Assembly (NCBI GenBank): GCA_965215505.1
Contig: OZ244065.1
Coordinates: forward strand, 3,776,001-3,840,000
Direction: 5' to 3'
Length of the DNA stretch: 64,000 bases
Origin: Capsulimonadaceae bacterium
GTDB lineage: Bacteria; Armatimonadota; Armatimonadia; Armatimonadales; Capsulimonadaceae
The position numbers and the translations under genes are program-made. Positions 1 to 9,656 of this stretch are shown piece after piece; position 1 is the stretch's first letter, and the number at the start of each line of letters is the position of its first letter. The notes below the pieces were generated by a model, which was not told the DNA's origin, made no database searches, and saw only the letters and a list, made by a program, of their open reading frames with translations.

Positions 1-2
1 CC

Positions 3-332
3 TGGTACGGCGTGGCTGATGGGGAGGGCGGTGGGGCGGGCACTTTGGTCGCGAGCGGTGGGTTCTTCGGGCCGCCGGAGGCGGGGACCGTCGAGATCGG
101 CTACTCGGTCCTGCCCGAGTTCCAGCGGAGAGGGTACGGGGGCGAGGTGGCCGGGGCGCTCACAGAATGGTCCTTGGGACAGCCGGGGGTCAGGCGCGTC
201 ACCGCGAACGCGGCGTCGGACAACGCGCCCTCGGTGCGGCTGCTGCGCCGGCTGGGCTTCGTGGAGCGGGGAGCGTCCGAGGAGCCGGGGCACGTCCGGT
301 TTGAGAAGGCGGCGGGCAACGGAGGCGGTTAG
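3..332 (+). CDS. RimJ/RimL-family GNAT N-acetyltransferase, 5' end outside window
   Basis: Frame open from base 3; [16 protein letters not shown] acetyl-CoA motif and [13 protein letters not shown]. Confidence 0.85.
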   Translation, partial: WYGVADGEGGGAGTLVASGGFFGPPEAGTVEIGYSVLPEFQRRGYGGEVAGALTEWSLGQPGVRRVTANAASDNAPSVRLLRRLGFVERGASEEPGHVRFEKAAGNGGG

Positions 333-1084
333 ATCGTCAGTCCGCCGTCCATGACCAGGGTCTGGCCGGTGATGTAGTCGCTGGCCGGGCCGCAGAGGAA
401 GGCCACCATGCCCGCGATCTCGTCGGTCCGCCCGAAGCGGCCGGCAGGGATCTGCCGCAGCAGCTCGCCCTTGCGCTCCGGGGGGATCTCCACGGTCATG
501 GCCGTCTCGATGAAGCCCGGCGCGACGGCGTTCACCTGGATGTGGCGGCTGGCGACCTCTTTAGCGACCGTCCGCGTGAAACCGATCAGGCCGGCCTTGG
601 CGGCGGCGTAGTTCGCCTGGCCGGGGCTTGCGATCAGCCCGATGACGCTGGTGATGTTGACGATCTTGCCGCGCTTCTGCTTCAACATCGGCTTCAGGGC
701 GGCCCGCGTCATCAGGAACGCCCCCTTCAGGTTCGTGTCCAGCACGGCGTCCCAATCCGCCTCGGACATCCGCAGCAGCAGGCCGTCGCGGGTCAGGCCG
801 GCGTTGTTGACCACGATGTCCAAAGCCCCCCAGTCCGCCAGGACGCGCGCCACCAGGGCGTCCACCTGGTCACTCTGGGTGACGTCCCCGCGCAGGGCGG
901 ACGCCCGCCCGCCCCCGGCGGCGATCTGGGCGACCACTTCCGCCGCCGCCTCCTCCGAAGTCCGGTAGACGACGGCCACAGCCGCCCCCTGGGCGGCCAG
1001 GGCCAGCGCGATGGCCCGCCCGATGCCCGTCCCACCGCCCGTCACGAGCGCGATTTTGCCTGCCAAAGTTTCGCTCATCGGCAT
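329..1084 (-). CDS. fabG: 3-oxoacyl-ACP reductase (SDR)
   Basis: [46 protein letters not shown]; start may be 1078. Confidence 0.9.
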   Translation of the reverse strand: MPMSETLAGKIALVTGGGTGIGRAIALALAAQGAAVAVVYRTSEEAAAEVVAQIAAGGGRASALRGDVTQSDQVDALVARVLADWGALDIVVNNAGLTRDGLLLRMSEADWDAVLDTNLKGAFLMTRAALKPMLKQKRGKIVNITSVIGLIASPGQANYAAAKAGLIGFTRTVAKEVASRHIQVNAVAPGFIETAMTVEIPPERKGELLRQIPAGRFGRTDEIAGMVAFLCGPASDYITGQTLVMDGGLTI

Positions 1085-1088
1085 CAGT

Positions 1089-1871
1089 TTACACCCACGC
1101 CCGGTAGACTTGCAGCGTCCAGACGTGGCGGGAGCGCCGGGCGGAGAAGTCGATCAGGCCCTCCGTGCGGAGGCGCGTCATGACGTCCATATTCTCCTTG
1201 AACTCGGCGCAGAAGGGCACCTCCACCTGCTCCATCAGCTCCACATTGTCGCCGAAGGCCCGCCGAGCCGCTTCCAGGGTCCGGGGGACGTTGGAGATCG
1301 TGCCGGTCGGGAAGTACAGAACGCCCTTGGGCTTCAGATACTGCCGCACCGAGTCCAGCATCCGGACGATCTGGTCGGCCCCGTCGTGCCCGCCGGTCGG
1401 GATCGAGTCGGGATACCAGGGCGAGAGCCGCGAGACCTCGTCCACGACGCCCGAGACGTCGCTGACGATCACATCGTAGCGCTGGCCCGCCACCGGCTGG
1501 AACAGGTCGCCGCTGGACACCACGACGCGGTCGGCGACGCCGTTGCGCCGGGCATTGGCCTCCACCAGCGGCTTGGCCTGCTCCATGACGTCCACGGCAT
1601 GGACATGGGAGGCCCCCTTCAGGGCGGCGATGATCGCCAGCACGCCCGCCCCGCAGCCCAGGTCCAGCACGCGGGCGCCTTCGGGGATCTTGACCGCCTG
1701 GGCCAGCAGCCGGCTGGTCAGGGTCGGCTGGAAGACGGTGTCGTTGATCTCCATCTCCACTTCGTAGCCGCCGTACTGGTACGAACGGAGGGTGGCAGTG
1801 GCCGCCTTGTCCGCGTCCGGGGCGGCCGTCTTCTTATCCTGGACGTTTGTCTTTTGCAGCGTGGTGTTCAT
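1089..1871 (-). CDS. Class I SAM-dependent methyltransferase (HemK/MTS-like fold)
   Basis: VLDLGCGAG motif [18 protein letters not shown] aagga; 4 nt from fabG start. Confidence 0.85.
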   Translation of the reverse strand: MNTTLQKTNVQDKKTAAPDADKAATATLRSYQYGGYEVEMEINDTVFQPTLTSRLLAQAVKIPEGARVLDLGCGAGVLAIIAALKGASHVHAVDVMEQAKPLVEANARRNGVADRVVVSSGDLFQPVAGQRYDVIVSDVSGVVDEVSRLSPWYPDSIPTGGHDGADQIVRMLDSVRQYLKPKGVLYFPTGTISNVPRTLEAARRAFGDNVELMEQVEVPFCAEFKENMDVMTRLRTEGLIDFSARRSRHVWTLQVYRAWV

Positions 1872-2079
1872 GGTGTTCCTTGCCGTTTCGCGCGAGCCTT
1901 TGCGCGCCCGTGCGCGCCTGTATCCTAAGACAGAGCCTCTGAGATGGGATTATGTTCCCACGGCTTGTCGAGGACCATTGGGCATGGGGGAAATGCGGCC
2001 GGATAAAGCTGCCGACGGGCGACCCGAAGCAGGCGGCACCGACGCCCCGCGTCGGCACCTTCCGGTCCGGCTTGCCTCC

Positions 2080-2088
2080 ATTTTACCA
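2080..2088 (-). promoter_or_regulatory. Putative extended -10 promoter (TGGTAAAAT) for methyltransferase-fabG
   Basis: TGnTAAAAT on minus strand about 200 nt upstream of the ATG at 1871. Confidence 0.4.
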
Positions 2089-2130
2089 CAAACTCGGACT
2101 TAGTCGGGGGTCACACAAAAAATAAGCCGC

Positions 2131-2168
2131 CAAAATGAAATCCCCCGCCGGTCGGCTGACGGCGGGGG
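2131..2168 (-). terminator. Intrinsic terminator after small HTH gene
   Basis: Minus strand CCCCCGCCG-loop-CGGCGGGGG followed by ATTTCATTTT. Confidence 0.55.
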
Positions 2169-2205
2169 CGATGGAATTGGAGAACAGAAGGTGGACGGGG
2201 CAAGC

Positions 2206-2517
2206 CTAGACGGCCCAGCGGTAGGCGACGGCGCGGGCGATCAGCGCCCGGCGCGTGGGGACGCCCGCCCGCTGCTGGAGGCGCGACAGGACCTGATGCG
2301 CCTCGCCCGGCGGCATCTCCAGCCGCTGCTCCGCCTGAATCAGAGGCTCGCCCCAGATCAAAGCCAGGAGCAGGCCGCGCTCCCCCGCCGAGAGCGGGAA
2401 GGACCACAAAGACTGCGCCCGGTTGGAAGAGTTAGAAGACTGCACTTCGCCGGAAGCCCGCGCGCCGTTAGGCTGTGTACTGCTCGTGTTCAACATGGTC
2501 CTCTCCGGTGGATACAT
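2206..2517 (-). CDS. Small LuxR-like C-terminal HTH protein
   Basis: LSAGERGLLLALIWG...AHQVLSRLQQRAGVPTRRALIARA resembles a LuxR HTH without a sensor domain. Confidence 0.55.
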   Translation of the reverse strand: MYPPERTMLNTSSTQPNGARASGEVQSSNSSNRAQSLWSFPLSAGERGLLLALIWGEPLIQAEQRLEMPPGEAHQVLSRLQQRAGVPTRRALIARAVAYRWAV

Positions 2518-2700
2518 CGCGAAGTTCTTGACCTTGACGACTTACTTTACCACCCCATCGTAAACACAGCGTTAAATTTTGGCGAGTTCGGTAGTATATA
2601 CTACGAAAATCAAAATATATTTTTCGTCTGGCCTCCTGTACCGGCCCGCCGAATCTGCCGATAGAAGAGTCAGCCTTTTTCCGCGACCGGGAGAGCCGAC

Positions 2701-5418
2701 GTGGCCTCGCAACACCGAAACCCACTCACGCCCGAAAAGCCGCTCGCCCCGGCGGGCGTGTTCCGTCTGACCGTACTGGCGGCGGGCGTCCTGGCCCTGT
2801 TCTATGTGGGCTGCCTGGCCGCCCTCCTGTTCACAGTGGCGCTCCTCGCGCTCGACCTCGGCCTGGCCGTCGGGGCGACCCGGTTCGGCATCGGCGGCTT
2901 CATGAAGGGGCCTCTGGAAGCCCTCCTGCGGCTCCTCTCCTGCCTCACGCGGAGCCTGCGCCTGGAGCGCGAGGCGGACTACGCCCTGCCCCTGCGGGCG
3001 GAGCAGGCCCCCGGACTGTTCGCGCTGGTGGACCGGGTCGCCCGCGCGTCCGGAGTGCGGACGCCCGACCGGGTCGTGCTGGAGATGAGCGACAACGCTT
3101 GGGTCCGGCTGCGCGGCTACCGCCGGGGGCGCGGCCACTGCACGCTCGGCCTGGGCTACGACCTGCTGGCGATCCTCACCGAAGAAGAACTCGCCGCCGT
3201 GCTGGCCCACGAGATGGCGCACGCCCGGCTCGTCGGGCGCGGCCTCAAGGGCTGGCTCGGCAACGGCGTCGCCCGCGCCGCCCGCATGGCGGACGCCTTG
3301 CGGGAGGAGGCCCGACCCGGCCCGGAGCGGGGCCGGTTCTTCCTGGCCGAGATCCTGGCGAATGCCGCCGCACGGCTGGCCGGGGCGGGCGCGCGCCACT
3401 TCGCCGCCCTGTGCCGTCAGGATGAGTTCGACGCCGACCGCGCCGCCGCCGCCCTGTGCGGCAGCGCGGTCGGCGCGCGCGCACTGCGCCGGTCCCACGT
3501 CAGCGGCCTGAAGGCAGGCCCCCACTGGCGGGACCGCCTGGTCGCCTCCCAGCGCGGCGTCAGCCTGGCCGCCTGGGTGCGCGAACTCCGCCTGCCCGCC
3601 GACGAGGCCGAACGGCAGGCTCTGGAGGCGCTGGCGCTCGGGGAGGCCCCGAGCGGCGAGTTCCGGGCGCACCCCTCGCTCGCCGACCGGCTCGCGGCCC
3701 TCCAGAGCGTGGCCTCCCAAAGCGTGGCCCCGCCGCCCGCCGCAGGCGACGACCGGCCCGACGCTTCCCTCCCCGCCCAAGCGCTGCTCGGCGATGCGGA
3801 CGCGCTGGCCGCCGACCTGATCGCTCACGTTGAGCGTGTCGCCGCCGAGGAGGAAAGGCTGGCGGGCCGCCGCCTGCGCCGGCTGGCCCGCAAGGACCGG
3901 AAGCCGCGCACCCGCCACACGGCGGGCGAGGCGGCCGGGATGGCGCTCACCGCCGTCGGCGCGACGCTGGCCTTCCTCGGGCTGCTGGGCCTGGGGATCG
4001 CCCTCTGGCTGCCGTCTTCCCCCGGACAGGCCGCGAAGGATGCCGCCTCGTCGCTGACCTTCGTCGGGCCGGGCGTCCTGATGCTGGCCGCCGGGGGCGC
4101 CCTGATGCGCCTGCTCCGGTTCAAAGACCGGATCGCCCTGCCGGTCCCGCCGCTCGCCCTGTTCATGGCGTCCCTCGAGGTCCGTGACCTGAGTGCGCCC
4201 GCCCAGGCGGCGCAGACGTGCGCCCGGCAGGAGGCGGAGCGGGCGCTGCGGGCGCAGGCCCCGCCCGCCCTCAAGCGCCGGCCGGAGCGGGCACGGTTCT
4301 GGGCGCATCGGGCCTATGACTCCCTCGCGCAGTGCGACTATGTGCGGGCCGAGGCGGCGTCCGCCCTGTGCCTGGAGGCCGACCCGCGCTCCGTCGAGGG
4401 CCGGGCCGCGCGCGGCGTGACGTCGGCCTACTTCGGGGACGCGCCCGGCTTTGCGGGGTCCCTGGGCGTGGCCGTGCGGGAATACGGAGCCACTCGCTCC
4501 CTGAGCTGGGGCCTGGGATGGAGCCTCCTGATGCTCGGCGAGTGGCCGCGCGCGGAGGCGTCCCTGCAAGACGCCATCGAGTCTGCCCCCGAGACCGCCG
4601 CGCTCCGGTCGCTGTGCGGCCTGTGCCGGTGGCAGCAGGGGAAGACGCGCGAGGCGGCGGGGGCGGTCCGGCAGGCCATCGCCCTCGCGCCGCCCGAGCC
4701 GGCCCACCGTCTGCTGCTGGCCCGCATCCTGCTGGCCTCGGGCCTGCCGCGCGACGCCGCCCGCGAGTTCGATCTGCTGGAAGCGGACCTCCCGCGTGAC
4801 CCGGACCTGATGGCGGGCCGCGTCCGGGCCGCCCTGCTGCTGGGCGACGGGGAGGAGGCGGACTGCCGCGCGGCCTCCTTCGAGGCCGCCCACCCCTCGG
4901 CGAAGACCCTGCTGCGGCTGGCGGACCTCTACGCCGGGGCCGGGCGTGAGGACGCGGCGGAGGGGTTCCGGGGGCGCGTGCAGGCGCAGGGCTTCTATCC
5001 GGAGGCCTCGATCGGGCTGGCCCGTGCCGCCCATCGTCGCGGCGAGGACGGGGCGGCGCGGGCGCTGCTCCTGTCCGCGCTGGCCATGACGCGCGCGCCG
5101 GGGCCGCACGCGCTCGGGCCGCTGGACGTGCTGGCAGACATCCTGCGCGGCCTCCTCGTGCTGAACCCGCCGCCGTGCGCCTGCTCCGAATGGGCGGCGG
5201 CGATCCCGCTGCCCTCCCCCGCGCCGGGGATGCGGTGCCTGTCCCTGCGCGTGGCCGCGCCCTCGCCCGCCGAGGCCGCCGCGCTGGTCGGCGAGGTGTA
5301 TGCGGCCATGCGCCCCGGCGCGGACCTGTCGGGGACGGAGATCGAGTGGCGTCCCCTCCCGGCCTCCCCGGAGGGCGGCGATGTGCGCCCCGGCGTCACC
5401 GGCTGGCAGTTCTCGTGA
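2701..5418 (+). CDS. M48/HtpX-like zinc metallopeptidase with TM segments and C-terminal TPR-like repeats
   Basis: EELAAVLAHEMAH (HExxH), RQDEFDAD, AHPSLADRL; RBS ggaga before GTG; helical A/L-rich TPR-like C-terminus. Confidence 0.8.
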   Translation: MASQHRNPLTPEKPLAPAGVFRLTVLAAGVLALFYVGCLAALLFTVALLALDLGLAVGATRFGIGGFMKGPLEALLRLLSCLTRSLRLEREADYALPLRAEQAPGLFALVDRVARASGVRTPDRVVLEMSDNAWVRLRGYRRGRGHCTLGLGYDLLAILTEEELAAVLAHEMAHARLVGRGLKGWLGNGVARAARMADALREEARPGPERGRFFLAEILANAAARLAGAGARHFAALCRQDEFDADRAAAALCGSAVGARALRRSHVSGLKAGPHWRDRLVASQRGVSLAAWVRELRLPADEAERQALEALALGEAPSGEFRAHPSLADRLAALQSVASQSVAPPPAAGDDRPDASLPAQALLGDADALAADLIAHVERVAAEEERLAGRRLRRLARKDRKPRTRHTAGEAAGMALTAVGATLAFLGLLGLGIALWLPSSPGQAAKDAASSLTFVGPGVLMLAAGGALMRLLRFKDRIALPVPPLALFMASLEVRDLSAPAQAAQTCARQEAERALRAQAPPALKRRPERARFWAHRAYDSLAQCDYVRAEAASALCLEADPRSVEGRAARGVTSAYFGDAPGFAGSLGVAVREYGATRSLSWGLGWSLLMLGEWPRAEASLQDAIESAPETAALRSLCGLCRWQQGKTREAAGAVRQAIALAPPEPAHRLLLARILLASGLPRDAAREFDLLEADLPRDPDLMAGRVRAALLLGDGEEADCRAASFEAAHPSAKTLLRLADLYAGAGREDAAEGFRGRVQAQGFYPEASIGLARAAHRRGEDGAARALLLSALAMTRAPGPHALGPLDVLADILRGLLVLNPPPCACSEWAAAIPLPSPAPGMRCLSLRVAAPSPAEAAALVGEVYAAMRPGADLSGTEIEWRPLPASPEGGDVRPGVTGWQFS

Positions 5419-5455
5419 TGCGCTCGGCAATGCCGACACAATAGGAGCAAACTAT

Positions 5456-6169
5456 ATGGACCTGGAACACGCGCCGCGCCCTTCTGCGCCGCCGCAGCTC
5501 GTCAGCGGCGACACCTTCGCCTCGCTGCCCGGACAACTGACCGTACAATACCCCGTCTGGATGCGCTGCTTCCCCGCCAAGACCGTCCCGCAGCTCCTGC
5601 TGCTCGCGCTGCTCCTGGCCGGCGCGGCGGGCCTGCTGCTGGCGACGCATTCGCCGATGGGCCTGTGGCCGTTCGGGCTGGGGGCGGCGGCGCTCCTCCG
5701 CCGGCTTGACTTCAAGTTCCGCCTGATCCGCGAGCATTTCCAGCATGGCTGCCTGAACCCCGGCCGCGTCGTCTCACTGGACCCGCCCTTGATTGCCGTC
5801 CATACCGACCTCTCGCACACGGCGGGCCAGTCCTGGCCCGCCGTCAAGGTCCTGCCCCAGCCGCTGGGCCGGGCGCGCGGCGCGCGCCCGCGCGTCGGCG
5901 ACCGCGTCGCCACGGTCGCGCTGTATCACGGCTCCCGGCGGCGGCCCCACTGGGGCGACTTCTCGCCCATCGCCGTCCAGTGCGTCACCGACGACGCGGG
6001 CGCGGTGCAGCGCGCCCTGGACCGGCTCTCCGCCGACCCGGACGATGTGTGGGCCGCCCTGGACCGTGGGCTTGCCGCCGTCCCGACCCCGACCACGCCC
6101 GGCCTCTACTGGGTCCCCTCCCCGGAGGCCCCGAGGACGCCGCACAACCCGTTCCTGCCTCCGGCGTAA
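5456..6169 (+). CDS. Membrane-anchored hypothetical protein (DUF3239-like)
   Basis: RBS aggag 5443-5447; two N-terminal TM segments; GCLNPGRVVS, PAVKV, GDRVATVALY, HWGDFSPI. Confidence 0.65.
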   Translation: MDLEHAPRPSAPPQLVSGDTFASLPGQLTVQYPVWMRCFPAKTVPQLLLLALLLAGAAGLLLATHSPMGLWPFGLGAAALLRRLDFKFRLIREHFQHGCLNPGRVVSLDPPLIAVHTDLSHTAGQSWPAVKVLPQPLGRARGARPRVGDRVATVALYHGSRRRPHWGDFSPIAVQCVTDDAGAVQRALDRLSADPDDVWAALDRGLAAVPTPTTPGLYWVPSPEAPRTPHNPFLPPA

Positions 6170-6187
6170 GCCCGGCTTGCCTGGTCT

Positions 6188-6294
6188 GCGGGCGACTGAA
6201 GTCGCGGCAACGAGTTCACAAAACCTGCCTTCGCAGGTTCGGATTCCGCGCAGGCGGACTTTGTGCCTTTGTTGGCGCGGTTTCAACCGCCCGC
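6188..6294. repeat. REPIN-like palindromic element, family B copy 1
   Basis: Terminal hairpins GCGACTGAAGTCGC and GCGGTTTCAACCGC; second copy at 36549-36655. Confidence 0.8.
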
Positions 6295-6392
6295 GAACCC
6301 AGCGCCGCCGCACGGACGCAGGAAAACGCCTGCCCGCCGCCGAACCTGAACACGCGCTCCCAATCGCGGACGCTTCGCTCAGGAGGAACCCC

Positions 6393-7634
6393 GTGCAGAT
6401 CACGCGCATCAAACCCGGCGGCTGGGTCATCATTCTCCTTGTCCTCGCGGGCATCATCTTTGGCATCCGCTCCTGCCGGAACTCACTCGCTGGCCGTCCC
6501 GCCACGACAGCGGGCGCGGGCGACATTGGGGGCGGCACATCTGGAACCGACTCCCAGGGGACGGCAACGGCGGGAACCGGCACGGGCGGGGCCGCTGTCC
6601 TGACGCCCCAGCAGGCCGGGAGCGGGGACGTCCTGATCTCGACGACCGGCACCAAGCAGGCGTGGCTCCAGACGGAGATCGACAAGTTCAACGGCCAGTC
6701 GTCGGGCGGCAAGGTGACGCTCAACATCACCGAGTCCCGGCAGGCCCTGCACGACATCCTGGACGGCAAACTCCAGCCCGCCCTGTGGAGTCCCTCCAGC
6801 CCCGTCTGGACCTCGCGCCTGGCGGAAGTCTGGCCCCAGCAGCACGGCGGCGCGTCGGTCGGCGACACGGGCGATTCGCAGTCCTACCGGGTCCTCTTCA
6901 AAAGCCCTCTCGTCTTCCTGACCACCAAGCGCAAGGCGGTCACCTTGAAGCCGCTCCTGTCCGGGGCCTCCCCCTGGGCCGCCGTGCGGGATCTCGGGTC
7001 GGGGCAGCGCAAGTCGCCGGGGGGCGCGTTCCACTTCGCCTATGCCGACCCGCTGAATGCCAGCAGCGGCATGCTGACCATGTCCCTGATCATCACCGAG
7101 TACACGCGCACGCACGGCGGCGCGGACAACCCGGCCGCCGCCGTCTCCGGCCCGGCCTTCGCCGCCTACCTGAGCCAGCTCGACCGGGCCTACGTCCACG
7201 ATGCCGCCACGTCCGGGTCGAGCGCCCTGGAGAAAGCCTTCGCCGCCGATCCGGGCGCGCGCGACTTCATCACCGCCTACGAGAACGCCGCCCTGGCCGC
7301 CGTGGACCGCGACCCGAAACTCGCGATCATCTACCCCGTGCCCACCGCGAACGCCGACCAGGGCGTGTTCCTGCTGTCCGCCCCGTGGGTGAGCGCGGGC
7401 CAGAAGAAGACCGCCCAGGCCTTTTTAGACTTCCTCAGCAAGCCCGAGGCGCGCGACGACGGCATCCAATACTACTTCCGGCCCGCCCAGGGCGACGCCC
7501 GCCTGCTCGCCAAACGCCTCGGCCCGGACGCCCGCGCCCAGTTCCAGGTTTCGCCGCCGACCATTGACCTCCAGCCCTATGACGCCTTGAACGAGGCCGC
7601 CGCGCAGTGGCGGACGCAGATGCAGATGAAGTAG
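6393..7634 (+). CDS. Membrane-anchored extracellular solute-binding protein (SBP_bac_11-like)
   Basis: RBS aggagg before GTG 6393; N-terminal TM; PALWSPSS, SPLVF, ADPLNASSG, YENAA, IIYP. Confidence 0.75.
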   Translation: MQITRIKPGGWVIILLVLAGIIFGIRSCRNSLAGRPATTAGAGDIGGGTSGTDSQGTATAGTGTGGAAVLTPQQAGSGDVLISTTGTKQAWLQTEIDKFNGQSSGGKVTLNITESRQALHDILDGKLQPALWSPSSPVWTSRLAEVWPQQHGGASVGDTGDSQSYRVLFKSPLVFLTTKRKAVTLKPLLSGASPWAAVRDLGSGQRKSPGGAFHFAYADPLNASSGMLTMSLIITEYTRTHGGADNPAAAVSGPAFAAYLSQLDRAYVHDAATSGSSALEKAFAADPGARDFITAYENAALAAVDRDPKLAIIYPVPTANADQGVFLLSAPWVSAGQKKTAQAFLDFLSKPEARDDGIQYYFRPAQGDARLLAKRLGPDARAQFQVSPPTIDLQPYDALNEAAAQWRTQMQMK

Positions 7635-7639
7635 GGGGG

Positions 7640-8116
7640 ATGAAGCAGATTATGCCGACGCCCAAACACATTGTCGCGGTCGCCGGGCTGGTTTCGGACG
7701 CGCGGGGCCGGGTGCTGATGCTCCGCAGCCCTCGCCGCGACTGGGAGTTCCCCGGCGGTCAGGTGGAGGAGGGCGAGAGCCTGACGGACGCCCTGCGGCG
7801 CGAGGTCATGGAGGAGACGGGCGTCACGGTTACTGTCGGTGCGCTCGTCGGCGTCTACTCCAACCTCAAGTCGCACATCGTTATGTTCGACTTCCTGTGC
7901 GCGCTGGTCGGGGGCGAGCTGACGGCCAGCGCCGAGAGTCCCGAGGTCGCCTGGGTGGAGCGGGGTGAGGCGTTGGCCCGCATCATCCGGCCCGCCATCC
8001 GCGACCGGATGCGGGACATGCTGGGGTTCAGGGGTCAGGTTGTCTACCGCTCCTACACGTTCGACGCGAACGAGGTGCATACCGAGTATACGGTGCATGA
8101 GGAGCGGCGGATCTAG
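7640..8116 (+). CDS. NUDIX hydrolase
   Basis: Nudix box GGQVEEGESLTDALRREVMEETG. Confidence 0.9.
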   Translation: MKQIMPTPKHIVAVAGLVSDARGRVLMLRSPRRDWEFPGGQVEEGESLTDALRREVMEETGVTVTVGALVGVYSNLKSHIVMFDFLCALVGGELTASAESPEVAWVERGEALARIIRPAIRDRMRDMLGFRGQVVYRSYTFDANEVHTEYTVHEERRI

Positions 8117-8141
8117 CGCGGTGGCGGAACGGCCACTGATC

Positions 8142-8177
8142 GGGCGAGTGGCCGGGCGAGTGGCCGGGCGAGTGGCC
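8142..8177 (+). repeat. 12-bp tandem repeat GGGCGAGTGGCC x3 abutting REPIN A1
   Basis: Three exact copies directly followed by GGACGAGTG element terminus. Confidence 0.9.
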
Positions 8178-8340
8178 GGACGAGTGATTGAAATCACTCG
8201 CTCCTGCCTGACCTGTCCAGGGGACAGAAGAGCGAAGGCAGAGCGGACAAGAGGTGTCTCCTGTTCCATACTGCCCTTCCTCTCTTTCCTCTGTCCCCTG
8301 GACAGGTCTGCGCGGAGCGAGTGATTTCGATCACTCGTCC
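8178..8340. repeat. REPIN/MITE-like element, family A copy 1
   Basis: GGACGAGTGATTGAAATCACTCGCT...GACCTGTCCAGGGGACAG...CTGTCCCCTGGACAGGTC...AGCGAGTGATTTCGATCACTCGTCC. Confidence 0.9.
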
Positions 8341-8372
8341 AATCCCCCGCTCGCACAAGGTAAAATGACCCC

Positions 8373-8768
8373 ATGGCCGAACCCTCCCTGGACACGCTGC
8401 AAGACCAACTCAGCCGGGCCGCCGAGGCGCACGCGCTGGACATGGAACTGACCTTCAAGCCGATGTTCGGCGGGGTTTCTGCCTACGTCGGGGGCCGCGT
8501 GTTCGCGTCCCTGTCGGACATCGGGCTGGCCCTGAAACTGCCGCCCGCGGAACAGGCCGCGCTGCTGACCGTGGAAGGCGCGAAGCGGCTCCAGTACGAG
8601 CCGCACGCGCCGCCGAGCAAGCAGTACGTCGTCGTCCCGACGCCCATGCAGGCCGACCCGGCGGCCCTGTCGCCGTGGCTCGCGCGGAGCGTCGAATACG
8701 TCCTGGCCCTGCCCGCGCCGAAGCCGAGGGCGGGCAAGGCGAAGCGCAAGGAGAGCGGGGTAGAATAA
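8373..8768 (+). CDS. TfoX/Sxy N-terminal domain family protein
   Basis: KPMFGGVSAYVGGRVFA, LALKL, SKQYVVVP, WLARSVEY. Confidence 0.8.
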   Translation: MAEPSLDTLQDQLSRAAEAHALDMELTFKPMFGGVSAYVGGRVFASLSDIGLALKLPPAEQAALLTVEGAKRLQYEPHAPPSKQYVVVPTPMQADPAALSPWLARSVEYVLALPAPKPRAGKAKRKESGVE

Positions 8769-8786
8769 CAGGGCGGGGAAACAACG

Positions 8787-9149
8787 ATGACGACCATAGC
8801 GATTATGCCAGTGGTGACCGGAGACGGTAGTATCGTTTATTGCGGCATGGCGGGCGAGAAGCGGTCAGAAGGCGACACCGCGGGGAAGGCACTCGACGCC
8901 CTGACGGCGCAGTTGCCCGAGACGCAGGACGGCCTGCTAGTGATCGTCCAAAGCCTACGTCTTGGCCGCTTCTTTGACGTGCAGCAGCAGCGCCGCTTCA
9001 GAGAACTCATGGAAGCCTTACGATGGGCCGGGGGAGAGCTGCCGGCAGAAGAGGAGGCGGAACTTGAGTCCCTGGTCGGGGTCGAAGTCCGCGCCTCCGC
9101 TGATCGCACCGCCATGTTCGCCGCCGAAATTGGGCGATGGTCCACATGA
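8787..9149 (+). CDS. Hypothetical protein
   Basis: Plausible RBS; GDTAGKALDALTAQL and RFFDVQQQRR resemble a small conserved hypothetical family (recall only). Confidence 0.6.
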   Translation: MTTIAIMPVVTGDGSIVYCGMAGEKRSEGDTAGKALDALTAQLPETQDGLLVIVQSLRLGRFFDVQQQRRFRELMEALRWAGGELPAEEEAELESLVGVEVRASADRTAMFAAEIGRWST

Positions 9150-9160
9150 AAGGAAACCGA

Positions 9161-9595
9161 ATGAAGATGACATGGTATGCGGGCGCGTGCGCCGTAGCAG
9201 GAATTTTGCTCCTCCCGGCGGCCGTCGGCGCGGCCCCCAAACCGGCTCCCGCGCCCGCCAAGGCTGCGGCCCCTGGCTTCACCTCCAAAGTGACGGCCAC
9301 GCCGGGCCACGCCAGGGTGGGGAAGGACGCGAACATCGCGGTCAGCCTGGTCAACAAGGGCGCGTCCTTCCCCGGCGCGAACGTGGACCTGGAGGTCTAC
9401 GACGCGAAGAACAAGAAGGTCGCGCAGCACACCTGGTCGGGGCAGGCGCTGGCGAAGGGCAAAGGCGGCGCGTACCGCTGGGCCTGGAAACCGGCCTCGG
9501 CGGGGACATACACCGTCAAGTTCGGCGTCTTCAGCAGCGACTGGAAGAACCTGCGCTACTGGGTGGACAAGGCCCTGATCCTGCCGGTTTCGTGA
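9161..9595 (+). CDS. Secreted protein with single Ig-like beta-sandwich
   Basis: RBS aagga; signal peptide; VDLEVYD...W...GTYTVKFGVF. Confidence 0.7.
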   Translation: MKMTWYAGACAVAGILLLPAAVGAAPKPAPAPAKAAAPGFTSKVTATPGHARVGKDANIAVSLVNKGASFPGANVDLEVYDAKNKKVAQHTWSGQALAKGKGGAYRWAWKPASAGTYTVKFGVFSSDWKNLRYWVDKALILPVS

Positions 9596-9647
9596 CGACC
9601 TCTTTTGTGACAGCCTCTTTCGTGACGGCCTCTTTCGTGACGACACC
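9588..9647 (+). repeat. 15-bp tandem repeat x4 (TTTCGTGACRRCCTC) spanning a stop codon
   Basis: Units at 9588, 9603, 9618, 9633. Confidence 0.85.
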
Positions 9648-9656
9648 CGTAACCCC

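Noticed and set aside
1880-1920. c-di-GMP-I riboswitch-like GCAAA/GAAA motifs
   Set aside because: Order and stems do not fit the GEMM consensus
2050-2075. SRP RNA-like GACCGGAAGGT motif on minus strand
   Set aside because: Lacks the flanking CAGG/AGCAG of SRP helix 8
2572-5439. 955-aa minus-strand ORF
   Set aside because: Antisense shadow of the M48 gene in high-GC DNA; no motifs
5793-6392. N-terminal extension of the solute-binding protein
   Set aside because: Runs through the upstream gene and a REP; strong RBS at GTG 6393
8142-8340. Possible CRISPR array (also 9588-9647 and 58010-58165)
   Set aside because: No equal-length unique spacers between identical repeats and no cas genes
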